Source: a phage. From it: DNA of 64,000 bases. Position 1 is the first letter of the stretch; every line of letters starts with the position of its first letter. Of this stretch, positions 54,269-62,776 are shown one piece after another. Both the position numbers and the translations under genes were made by a program. The stretch is taken from the sequence record OZ556245.1; one strand, given 5' to 3'. Under the pieces are notes generated by a model that was not told where the DNA came from, ran no database searches, and worked only from the letters and a program-made list of their open reading frames with translations.

Positions 54269-54900
54269 TCAACTACCTCAATATCATACACTTTAAATGT
54301 TCCAAATGAATCATGTAATTTTTCTTTTGAAATAGAAGTTATTTTATACTTTCCAATTGGAATCATCCATTCTTGTTCACGTACAATCATCATTAAGTTA
54401 TCAGTACGTTCTGAATCTAATCCATCAGTATCTTCATATGTATACTTAAACTCAGTATTAGGAGAAGAAAGTATAATATCGCTGATATGGTCAGAATAAT
54501 TAAAAGCTTTATCAGTTTTTAAGCGAAATATTATTTCAGTGGAATATTCAACATAAGAAAAATCACAAGCTGTGTGCAAACTAGTAGTAAATGAATCTAC
54601 TCTGTTCGTTGAAAACACTTCTCCGATTTGTAAATCTTTAATGAGTTCTTTTGTCGATTTTGATATACCACGATATAGCTGATAAGGCGATTTAGTTAAA
54701 TGCTTTTTAACGATTTTATTCAACTGCTGATGAAGAGCTTCATTCTTTTTGGCTTCCATACATTGCCAAAGAATTGACTGTTCAAAGTCAGTAAATTTTT
54801 CACAGACCTTTTTATACATATCATATTGAAAATCGACACTTTCAGCTTTTATAGATAACTGTTCAACATCTGCGAGATTAATAATCATGATAGCCTCCAT
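54265..54900 (-). CDS. modB: ADP-ribosyltransferase ModB-like
   Basis: 211-aa ORF, paralog of the adjacent gene. Confidence 0.7.
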   Translation of the reverse strand: MEAIMIINLADVEQLSIKAESVDFQYDMYKKVCEKFTDFEQSILWQCMEAKKNEALHQQLNKIVKKHLTKSPYQLYRGISKSTKELIKDLQIGEVFSTNRVDSFTTSLHTACDFSYVEYSTEIIFRLKTDKAFNYSDHISDIILSSPNTEFKYTYEDTDGLDSERTDNLMMIVREQEWMIPIGKYKITSISKEKLHDSFGTFKVYDIEVVE

Positions 54901-54955
54901 ATACTTCAGAAGCTATCATATCATTGTTAGGAAGGAAAGTAAACAACTTTTTGAA

Positions 54956-55138
54956 TTATTTTGCCCAGGGAGCCCAAGGCGGAGGGTCAAGATGGTATGA
55001 AGCTAGTTCTTCTAGAAGAGCATCTGGGGCTTCAATTCCATAATTCTGTAATACTATACGGTACTCTTTCTTATAATCACTAGAATCATTCTGGATATTC
55101 GTAGAATGATTATCTTCTAACATCTCAAATAAATCCAT
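54956..55138 (-). CDS. hypothetical protein
   Basis: 60-aa ORF. Confidence 0.4.
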   Translation of the reverse strand: MDLFEMLEDNHSTNIQNDSSDYKKEYRIVLQNYGIEAPDALLEELASYHLDPPPWAPWAK

Positions 55139-55146
55139 ATTAATTC

Positions 55147-55629
55147 CTAGCGATAAAAACCAAAATAACGATTAGCTTCAATAATCTTTCTTTCTTCTTC
55201 AGATATTCTCCAGCGTAGTCCAACATCAAAATGAGCCCAGACCATCTTAACAAATGCATTTATATCTTTAATATCTTCAATAATGAATGTTTTACTTTTA
55301 GAAGGTTGACCTGCTAAATTAAGTGCTAATTTAACTTTATCGTCTTCAAACAGGGCAAAAAGACCATATTCATGAGCTCTTTTATAGCCTTTAATAGTTA
55401 AAGCTTCAGAAGAAGAAAACGGTGAATCAGTATTCTGTAAAATATCTTCAGTATGCTTTATAATTAGAATAACATTTTCTGGATATTTTCTTTCTTTTAT
55501 ATCTTTAATTAAAAGATCCGGATTTTCTGCTAAAGGAATAATTAATGAGCATTTTTTATCAAGTGCATTTACTGATTTACCTTCTTTAGACATAAATTCT
55601 ATTGAATAATGTTTTGCTACTTCAATCAT
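55147..55629 (-). CDS. hypothetical protein (mrh position)
   Basis: 160-aa ORF. Confidence 0.45.
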   Translation of the reverse strand: MIEVAKHYSIEFMSKEGKSVNALDKKCSLIIPLAENPDLLIKDIKERKYPENVILIIKHTEDILQNTDSPFSSSEALTIKGYKRAHEYGLFALFEDDKVKLALNLAGQPSKSKTFIIEDIKDINAFVKMVWAHFDVGLRWRISEEERKIIEANRYFGFYR

Positions 55630-55782
55630 GTGATTTCCTTTTGCCTACTAATGGACCGTCAGGAATTTTGTTTTCCTGGATATATTTCTCATTTTCTTCC
55701 ATCATTTTACTGCCAATTTTAAGAAGCAAATCCATTGCTTCATTTGCTTTAGCTTTAGCCTCTTCTAATGTCATATCTCTGT

Positions 55783-55986
55783 TCATGATTTATCCCCATA
55801 GATATCTCTCATCAATTTAAGCGCTGAGCGTTCTAATTTCTTTTCTTTCTCAGCACTAATCATTGATTTCATCAATTCTTCTGATTCGTTCTGCATTTCT
55901 TTATTTACCTGTTCAACCCAACCATCGTCAATGTACATTGAGTTTGGTCTATTGAACCATTCAAGCATCTTCTTCAGAACTTTCAC
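55783..55986 (-). CDS. hypothetical protein
   Basis: 67-aa ORF; overlaps next ORF. Confidence 0.4.
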   Translation of the reverse strand: MKVLKKMLEWFNRPNSMYIDDGWVEQVNKEMQNESEELMKSMISAEKEKKLERSALKLMRDIYGDKS

Positions 55987-56458
55987 TTGTTTTACCTAAA
56001 ACAATAGTAGGAGCATCGTCAAATTCATGAATTTTTAGCAATTTTGGATTTAAATTATTCCATACATAATAAATGAAGTATGATAAAGCATCTTCACTCG
56101 CAATTATAAATTTATTTCCTTTATCTATTTTCCAGTCATATACTGAATCATATGAATATAATGGCAATGGTTTATTGTTATAATATGATTCAGCAACATC
56201 AATATAGTTAGATTTAGTAAATGCTTGAATTGACATAAATGGAGAATTTCGTACAGTTTCAATAATTCCGATCTTTTTAAGTTTTATTTCAACATCTTCT
56301 GGAACTGGCATTGAAATAAAATCTTCTACTAGATACATGTTATTATCATATCTTTTATCAATTATTACTGCTACTGTAATTGGAATATCTTTAGCAAATG
56401 CCATGCTATCACTGCTAATATACATTTCAAACAAAATTGCTTCCATAATTTTCCTCAA
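55961..56458 (-). CDS. hypothetical protein
   Basis: 165-aa ORF. Confidence 0.5.
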   Translation of the reverse strand: MRKIMEAILFEMYISSDSMAFAKDIPITVAVIIDKRYDNNMYLVEDFISMPVPEDVEIKLKKIGIIETVRNSPFMSIQAFTKSNYIDVAESYYNNKPLPLYSYDSVYDWKIDKGNKFIIASEDALSYFIYYVWNNLNPKLLKIHEFDDAPTIVLGKTSESSEEDA

Positions 56459-56793
56459 TCACAAGATGTAGATGAACAACTAGAATCACAAGAACTTCCA
56501 CATGAATCGCCCGTCCACACATGAACAGGAACATTAGTATCATATGAATCAGAACTAGACTGTGTATTCTGCGTATTAGATGATGTAGGTGTTGACCAAC
56601 GCCAAGGATTTTTATAATATTCCTGGGCTTCTTCATAAGTCATAGTAACTGCTTCTACTGTTCCATCTCCCATATAAACATATTCAACTACAGTTAAAGG
56701 AAGGTAGTCATTTGAAATAGGAACTACACCTTCTCCGGGAGTCGTAGAGAAAAAATCCGTAAAGAAACTTTTAAACCAATTAAAGATAAACAT
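56455..56793 (-). CDS. hypothetical protein with Ser/Cys-rich C-terminal tail
   Basis: 112-aa ORF ending [18 protein letters not shown]. Confidence 0.5.
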   Translation of the reverse strand: MFIFNWFKSFFTDFFSTTPGEGVVPISNDYLPLTVVEYVYMGDGTVEAVTMTYEEAQEYYKNPWRWSTPTSSNTQNTQSSSDSYDTNVPVHVWTGDSCGSSCDSSCSSTSCD

Positions 56794-57005
56794 TACAAAA
56801 AGCCTCTTTGAAATTCGACTCTTTGAAATCCACCCCAGTCAGTGTATCGCATTTCAGCATTGAACTCGACTGAACCATCTGCATGCATCATGAATGAATG
56901 CGTGACGATATCACAATCCCAGCTTTTCATACCCCATTTATCAGAGATAGCTTTATCAAGAACCTTCTGGAGGTCTTCATTTGGTTTAATCCAGCGATTT
57001 AACAT
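56793..57005 (-). CDS. hypothetical protein
   Basis: 70-aa ORF. Confidence 0.5.
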   Translation of the reverse strand: MLNRWIKPNEDLQKVLDKAISDKWGMKSWDCDIVTHSFMMHADGSVEFNAEMRYTDWGGFQRVEFQRGFL

Positions 57006-57071
57006 AGTGCTCTCCTCTATAAGATAATTTTATTATACCATACTTGTTTTGGAAAGTAAACCGGTAAAATG

Positions 57072-57096
57072 AAAAAAGGACTCCCGGAGGAGTCCT
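57072..57096 (-). terminator. rho-independent terminator downstream of soc
   Basis: AGGACTCC-CGGA-GGAGTCCT hairpin with minus-strand U-run. Confidence 0.6.
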
Positions 57097-57103
57097 TGAA
57101 TTA

Positions 57104-57349
57104 TTAACCACCAGTTACTTTCCACAAATCTTCGTTTGCAGTAATCCATGCATCACGTTGATTTTCTTCGTATACAGTAGTATATGCTGCTTTTTCTGAA
57201 GGGAATGTCTGGTAATGAGCACCAGAAATTTTGTGAACGTCAGAATAAAGAGGGAAAGCTACAGAAATTTCCTTTCCTTCAATTTTCTTATTTCCATCTA
57301 ATTTTTGCTCAAATGTTTTAATATTAACATAACCGCGAGTACTAGCCAT
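57104..57349 (-). CDS. soc: Soc small outer capsid protein
   Basis: 81-aa ORF; late promoter upstream and terminator downstream. Confidence 0.88.
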   Translation of the reverse strand: MASTRGYVNIKTFEQKLDGNKKIEGKEISVAFPLYSDVHKISGAHYQTFPSEKAAYTTVYEENQRDAWITANEDLWKVTGG

Positions 57350-57365
57350 GTAATTCTCCTTTTAT

Positions 57366-57575
57366 TTAAATTACATGACTATTTATAATAAATTCTTGCG
57401 GAACGTTAAAATACCCAATTTTAGTTAATATAACAACATCACCGTTAATAATTACCGGAGAATAATCGGCTGGAGCATTAAACTTCCAATGAGCTCTAAT
57501 ATTATATCCATCAGAACCAAATGCTCGACTAGCCGGTTTCCCGGCTTTTTGCCATGCATAAAAATCAAATTTCAT
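57366..57575 (-). CDS. hypothetical protein
   Basis: 69-aa ORF. Confidence 0.5.
   Translation of the reverse strand: MKFDFYAWQKAGKPASRAFGSDGYNIRAHWKFNAPADYSPVIINGDVVILTKIGYFNVPQEFIINSHVI
57380..57387 (-). promoter_or_regulatory. late promoter (TATAAATA on minus strand) for soc
   Basis: Reverse complement of tatttata ~30 nt upstream of soc ATG. Confidence 0.65.
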
Positions 57576-57772
57576 TTTGAATGCTCTATAATTAATTTTA
57601 AGGCTTCTTCATGCACCTTACCTAATTGTATATGTCCAGTTTTAATTGTGTAAGCTTTGTGGAGCTGATTAGATAAGAGCTCACATACGAGCTCTTTGTC
57701 ATAATTTTTAAATAGCTGGTCAATACGTTTCTTGTGGGCTTTCTTAAGCTGGCGTTTATTTAAACGAGCCAT
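57572..57772 (-). CDS. hypothetical basic protein
   Basis: 66-aa ORF. Confidence 0.5.
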   Translation of the reverse strand: MARLNKRQLKKAHKKRIDQLFKNYDKELVCELLSNQLHKAYTIKTGHIQLGKVHEEALKLIIEHSK

Positions 57773-58290
57773 TAATAACCTCGGTCTTGACGAGCGAAGT
57801 TTTCAGCATTTTTCAGATAATAAAGTTTAAAGATTTCTTCAGCCGTAAGACCGAGACCTTGGAACATGTTCAGAACGAAATGAAGAATATCAATCATTTC
57901 GAATTTAATTTCCAACTGGTCTTGTGGAGACAAATCAGTAATCAGAGTTTCACGTCGTTCACCATGCTGAGCTTTCCAAGGCTTCCATACAGCAGATGCA
58001 TCTTTTTCACCATTGCTCATACCACCAAGAGAAGTCAATAGTTCGCGGAATTCATCATCAATATAATCTTTCTGATTACGCAGCCAATCAACAACTTCAC
58101 CCGCAGTAGCCAAATCATCAGGATGACGGTTATATTCAGGTTTATCTTTAGCTAAACGAACCTGCAGAGATTTCTGCATATCAAGCATAACCTGCAGCGG
58201 GTCTTTTTCATCACCGAGAATATCCCAGTATTCATTTTGAGCTTTATCAGCGCCTTCAATCAGTTGTGAACATTCATTAAAGTATGCCAT
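57772..58290 (-). CDS. 56: gp56 dCTPase/dUTPase (MazG-like)
   Basis: ~172 aa from MAYFNECSQLIEGADKAQNEYWDILGDEKDPLQVM; track ORF has a spurious 31-codon upstream extension. Confidence 0.9.
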   Translation of the reverse strand: MAYFNECSQLIEGADKAQNEYWDILGDEKDPLQVMLDMQKSLQVRLAKDKPEYNRHPDDLATAGEVVDWLRNQKDYIDDEFRELLTSLGGMSNGEKDASAVWKPWKAQHGERRETLITDLSPQDQLEIKFEMIDILHFVLNMFQGLGLTAEEIFKLYYLKNAENFARQDRGY

Positions 58291-58361
58291 TATTTTTCCT
58301 TTCAATTCATGGGTTAGTAGATTAATTATACAATAAATATATAAAGCAATAAGGAGGATAT

Positions 58362-58457
58362 ATGGTACAAAAATTAATGGCACTTGTCGATGCCATAAAA
58401 GGTAATAAAAAACGTATAGCTTTTACTATTTCTGTTATGATAGGAATTTTACTCTGA
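58362..58457 (+). CDS. small hydrophobic ORF (31 codons to an in-frame TGA; same frame continues 34 more codons to 58562)
   Basis: AAGGAGG at 58351-58357 then ATG 58362; MVQKLMALVDAIKGNKKRIAFTISVMIGILL-TGA-NFVLSPIAIAHGVNIPVITLDTFVDLAFALVGLI. Confidence 0.35.
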   Translation: MVQKLMALVDAIKGNKKRIAFTISVMIGILL

Positions 58458-58558
58458 AATTTTGTTTTATCACCAATTGCTATTGCTCATGGTGTTAATA
58501 TTCCGGTAATTACTCTTGATACATTCGTAGATTTAGCATTTGCTTTGGTTGGGTTAAT

Positions 58559-59587
58559 TTAAATCTTAGCATATTTAGATAGCCGCATTTTAGCCATCAA
58601 CCCTTGGGCAATATTATTTTTCATATATTCCATAATTTGTTTAGGGGTTGCACCTTCCTTTCTAATCATATCATTAACATCTTTTGATTTCCAGGGAGAT
58701 TTGTCCCAAAACATAACCCTTTCTCCTGCATCAACTAATTTAGTCATTCGTTTAATAGTGTCAGGATGACGAGGTTCATTATCTAAAACCCATACACGTC
58801 TATCTTTAAATGGAACAATTTCTAGGTCTAATTGACCACCCGTAATAGCTATACCATTTTCAATAAAAAGTGAATCTATAGGTCCTTCTAGAACATATAC
58901 ATCACCATCTTTGACTCGTTCGACTCCATAGATTTTTGTTGCCTCAGGATAAGCTTTGATGGTGATATATTTTTGAGGAGCATCTTTCTTTAATGCACGT
59001 CCTTGAAAAGACTCGGCTTTTCCGTTAGCATTATAAATTGGAATAACAAGACGAGGCTCAGGTATTTCCTTTTTATATGTTCCTGGCGCTATGCTATTAA
59101 CTAATTTAGGCCATTCGGTTGTAAACCAAAGATATTTCCATTTATTCTTTGGAATACAACGAGCTTTTACATATTTTATAATTGGATGGTCTTCCGCCAG
59201 TTTATCTAATCTAATGCATGACGGAAGAGATTTAATTATTTTCTTCTCAGGTTGTTTAGGAAGTTCTTTAGGTTTTTCTACTGGACGACTTTTACCTTTT
59301 TCTTTTCTTATTTCAAAGATATACTCACGATATAAATCAGGTTCAAACTCCTTTAAATATATTCCGATTGGTGCATGATAGTTGCAGTTATAACAATGAA
59401 TATTTCCTTCATTATTATCACCATAATACCATCCACGGGCTTTATTTTGGTCGGTTTTTGAATCTCCACAAACAGGGCATCTAAACCGTAATTTAAAAGT
59501 TGAACTATTATTTACTTGTGTGAATTTAGGTAAATGAGCTAATGCACGGTATGCAAACTCATTATCAATCCAAGGTATTGATGACAT
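58559..59587 (-). CDS. 61: gp61 DNA primase
   Basis: 342-aa ORF with zinc-ribbon (CPVCGDSK...CYNC) and TOPRIM region. Confidence 0.93.
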   Translation of the reverse strand: MSSIPWIDNEFAYRALAHLPKFTQVNNSSTFKLRFRCPVCGDSKTDQNKARGWYYGDNNEGNIHCYNCNYHAPIGIYLKEFEPDLYREYIFEIRKEKGKSRPVEKPKELPKQPEKKIIKSLPSCIRLDKLAEDHPIIKYVKARCIPKNKWKYLWFTTEWPKLVNSIAPGTYKKEIPEPRLVIPIYNANGKAESFQGRALKKDAPQKYITIKAYPEATKIYGVERVKDGDVYVLEGPIDSLFIENGIAITGGQLDLEIVPFKDRRVWVLDNEPRHPDTIKRMTKLVDAGERVMFWDKSPWKSKDVNDMIRKEGATPKQIMEYMKNNIAQGLMAKMRLSKYAKI

Positions 59588-59755
59588 TTTTACTCTTCTT
59601 TTTCTTTAGATTCCTCTTTTTTCTTTTTAGGAATCTGTTCAGGACCTTTATTTACTACAGCGCCTGATGTTGTTCCAGTGGAGATATTTTCAGGATTACC
59701 ACCTGAATCTCCAGCTACCATATCTTCTTTAATAAATTCTTTATATGTTTTCATA

Positions 59756-60112
59756 TTAACCTCTATTCATAAAAGCATTAAAAATTTGGTCATCAATCGA
59801 TGGAACAGCAACCTTTTCGGCATCATTTAGCAAATCATTAATTTCATCAGATAGCATAACGCATGTACCTTTATTTCCTGTAATTGTTACTGCACAATTA
59901 CGAACGTTTTCTTTATCAAATTTTAGGTTAATATTTTCGTAGTGAAAATCCTTTAATGCCGAATATATTTTTAAAATGAAATTGTCTTTTACTGCAATAA
60001 ACCCAACTTCACTATTAAAACGTGGTTCATGGAAACTGTAATAAACCTTTTCATCTATAAAATCGTATGAAATTTTTTCCATTTTTAAATATGAAAATTC
60101 AGAACTGTACAT
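59756..60112 (-). CDS. hypothetical protein
   Basis: 118-aa ORF. Confidence 0.5.
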   Translation of the reverse strand: MYSSEFSYLKMEKISYDFIDEKVYYSFHEPRFNSEVGFIAVKDNFILKIYSALKDFHYENINLKFDKENVRNCAVTITGNKGTCVMLSDEINDLLNDAEKVAVPSIDDQIFNAFMNRG

Positions 60113-60124
60113 ACTAACCTCTAA

Positions 60125-60418
60125 TTACTCACCTACCACTTCAGCGATGATATTTTTATTATTAAAGTTTTTATCGCAATACAGAACATAATTATACTGC
60201 ATTACACCGCCAGACTTAAGCTGTTTTTGCACTTCAGCTTTCATTTCAGGACGATCACGCTCAACGATATTCATAATATCTGCTTCAATTTGAGTTTCAA
60301 CTTCAGTCTGATCTGCAGTCATAGACCATTCACACAAATCTTTGTCATAACCCGCCATAGCAGGCTGAGCAGCGCAAGAAGATAAAGCAAAAATTGTAGC
60401 AAAGATAAATTTTTTCAT
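60125..60418 (-). CDS. sp: Spackle-like periplasmic protein
   Basis: 97-aa ORF with signal peptide (MKKFIFATIFALSSCAAQPAMAG); length and position match T4 sp (61.3). Confidence 0.65.
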   Translation of the reverse strand: MKKFIFATIFALSSCAAQPAMAGYDKDLCEWSMTADQTEVETQIEADIMNIVERDRPEMKAEVQKQLKSGGVMQYNYVLYCDKNFNNKNIIAEVVGE

Positions 60419-60476
60419 GATAATCTCCTCAGTAGTTTATGTTTATAGTATCTCAATTTCCAATAAAAGTAAACAG

Positions 60477-60776
60477 CTATTTTAAAACTTCTGCATAATC
60501 ACATGTTACAAACTGTTTCTCTAACTTGGCGATTTTACGAAAGTATCTTTTGCATTGACGAATCTGTCGCTTCGTAGGGCGCACAGCAAACTTAATAAAT
60601 TCCACTCGACCAAATGGAGGACTTTCTTCTGCTGGAATATCTAATACCAATTCCCACGTATCTACAATAAGTGCTTTGAATTGAGTATTTTTCCTGACAT
60701 TATACGGAGTAGGTTTAAATAAAACAATATGCATATTATCCTCGGCAATCCACTTCACATACTTTCTTGTCATCAA
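60477..60776 (-). CDS. hypothetical protein
   Basis: 99-aa ORF. Confidence 0.5.
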   Translation of the reverse strand: MMTRKYVKWIAEDNMHIVLFKPTPYNVRKNTQFKALIVDTWELVLDIPAEESPPFGRVEFIKFAVRPTKRQIRQCKRYFRKIAKLEKQFVTCDYAEVLK

Positions 60777-60918
60777 TGAAAGCTTTAACTAATGCTTTAT
60801 TAACTTCAGCGTATTGATTAGTAGCCCATTGAACGTCATCTTTCATCATTGTGATTTCTTTAGTAAACATGCTTTCGTTCTTAAACCACCCCATAAAAAC
60901 TACCTTTACCAATTCCAT
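60736..60918 (-). CDS. dmd: Dmd-like antitoxin candidate
   Basis: 60-aa ORF at the position of T4 61.5/dmd immediately downstream of gene 41; sequence identity not verified. Confidence 0.45.
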   Translation of the reverse strand: MELVKVVFMGWFKNESMFTKEITMMKDDVQWATNQYAEVNKALVKAFIDDKKVCEVDCRG

Positions 60919-60924
60919 AACAAT

Positions 60925-60970
60925 CTCCTCATTTAACCAACAAGACTACTATACCATAGTCTTGTTGGCT
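60925..60970 (-). promoter_or_regulatory. early-promoter-like element upstream of the dmd-position ORF
   Basis: tataccatag...cttgtaaac on plus strand (minus-strand -10/-35 pattern). Confidence 0.4.
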
Positions 60971-60976
60971 TGTAAA

Positions 60977-62404
60977 CTAAAATTTTAATTCATTTGCCAA
61001 AGCATCTAACTGAGCTCGAGCAGATTCGTTTCTTTGATAGCGATTCTGTTCAGCCTGAATCTGCTGTGAACCTGCTACTTCGTTCACTTCAGTTGGAGTA
61101 GAATCTTGTTCAATTTCTACCCATTTCTGATTTCCTTTTTGAACACCCATCAAAAACTTATTCCATTTATTCTTATCACCGTATCGTGATTTGATTTGCT
61201 TAATGAGTTGTTGTTCAGCAGCTGCTAACTCCTCGGTTTCAATGACCGCAAGCATAAAATCGGCTGTTGCTGGAAGACCGGCAGATTCTGCGATATCGCT
61301 CATGTTAACATCAGAAGAATCCCAAGCTTGTTTACCAACCTGTGCTGCAGTCCAAAGAACAGTTTCAGTTTCAACAGCCAGAGCACGCAATTCCTCTGCG
61401 ATAGCTTTAACAGTTGTGTAACTATTTTCTGAGTAAACTCTGATGCGGCAAGATTTACAAATACCCAGATAGTCAACAATAATGATTGTTGGAACAAAAT
61501 TCTTCTTGAGCTTCAATTCATTCAAGAGAGACCTGAATGTATTAGCGTCTGCTCCACCAGTAGGATACTGTTTAACGATTAAACGGCCGAGAGTAGATTT
61601 CTCACGCCATTTTTCCATTTTTCCTTTATACTCAGCGTAAGAAATATGCCCATCATCAATGTCATCAAGAGAAACATCAAGCATATTAGCGTCAATACGC
61701 TTAGCACAGACTTCTTCTGCCATTTCCATGGAAATGTAAAGAACATTATGTCCGAGCTGCAAATAATCTGCTGCCAATGAACACAGACCTAATGACTTAC
61801 CGACGTTAACACCAGCCATTAAAACGTTCAGTGTTCCAGTTTCAGCTCCGCCTTTAGTAATTTTATTTAGAATTTTGAGTTTAAATGGAACCTTACGAGC
61901 TTTATTCATATAAGATAGCCAACGTGCTTCGTAGTCATCTATCCAATCATGACCAACGTAACTATCAAATGAAATTGATAATGCTTGGCGCATGATGTCA
62001 GGAATAGCACCTACATCTGGCATTTTCTTATTTCGTTTTTCTGGAGGAAGCTCAGCATTAGTTTGAATTTCAATTATTTTAGACGTAGCATTAAACATCG
62101 CCCTTTGCTGAACATATTTTTCTGTTTCTTTTACTAACCAGCTGTGGTCTTCCGGAGAATCGGCTAGTTTTGAAATAAGTGTTTTTACACCAGAATATTC
62201 TGTTTCAGTAAATGAACTATTTTCTAATGCAACATTTAACGCATTAATAGATGGAACGCTATGGTATTCATTAACATGAGATTTAATTAATTTGAATGTA
62301 TTTTTAGCTGGACCACTTTCAAAATATTCTGAATCCATATATGGCCAAACTTTTGAAAAATAAGCTTGATCAAATATGAGATGGGAAAGAATAATTTCTA
62401 CCAC
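60977..62404 (-). CDS. 41: gp41 replicative DNA helicase (DnaB-like)
   Basis: 475-aa ORF with Walker A (GVNVGKS). Confidence 0.93.
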   Translation of the reverse strand: MVEIILSHLIFDQAYFSKVWPYMDSEYFESGPAKNTFKLIKSHVNEYHSVPSINALNVALENSSFTETEYSGVKTLISKLADSPEDHSWLVKETEKYVQQRAMFNATSKIIEIQTNAELPPEKRNKKMPDVGAIPDIMRQALSISFDSYVGHDWIDDYEARWLSYMNKARKVPFKLKILNKITKGGAETGTLNVLMAGVNVGKSLGLCSLAADYLQLGHNVLYISMEMAEEVCAKRIDANMLDVSLDDIDDGHISYAEYKGKMEKWREKSTLGRLIVKQYPTGGADANTFRSLLNELKLKKNFVPTIIIVDYLGICKSCRIRVYSENSYTTVKAIAEELRALAVETETVLWTAAQVGKQAWDSSDVNMSDIAESAGLPATADFMLAVIETEELAAAEQQLIKQIKSRYGDKNKWNKFLMGVQKGNQKWVEIEQDSTPTEVNEVAGSQQIQAEQNRYQRNESARAQLDALANELKF

Positions 62405-62413
62405 ACTTACTCC

Positions 62414-62776
62414 TTAAAAGAATTTAAATTTTTTCTTTGACCTTTTATTAAATGCATCTTGTAGTTGCATTGTAATACATTTTTCTACATGAGGAGCTAA
62501 CTCAGCTTTTCTTTCTTGGTCAAGAACAGCAAAGTCCATTACGACTTTTCCATCAACCCAATCTAATTTTGTCACATACACAATGTGTGTAGAACCATCT
62601 TCTAGTTTAATGACAATCTCCTGGATAACATTTTCCATGGCAGATTTAATTATCTTAAGAGATTCATTAAAAAGACGTTCTTTTCTTTCTTCTTCCCCCT
62701 CCGAAGAGGGGGATTCATCGATAATTTCTAGATCTAAATCTAAATCATCTTTATTCATTAAATTCTTCCATATCAC
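62414..62776 (-). CDS. 40: gp40 head assembly protein candidate
   Basis: 120-aa ORF between 41 and uvsX. Confidence 0.6.
   Translation of the reverse strand: MIWKNLMNKDDLDLDLEIIDESPSSEGEEERKERLFNESLKIIKSAMENVIQEIVIKLEDGSTHIVYVTKLDWVDGKVVMDFAVLDQERKAELAPHVEKCITMQLQDAFNKRSKKKFKFF

Noticed and set aside
57772-58383. 203-codon version of gene 56 from the ORF track
   Set aside because: The first 31 codons are a hydrophobic extension with no Shine-Dalgarno, overlapping the plus-strand small ORF; the ATG at ~58290 with AAAGGAAA upstream gives the expected ~172-aa dCTPase.
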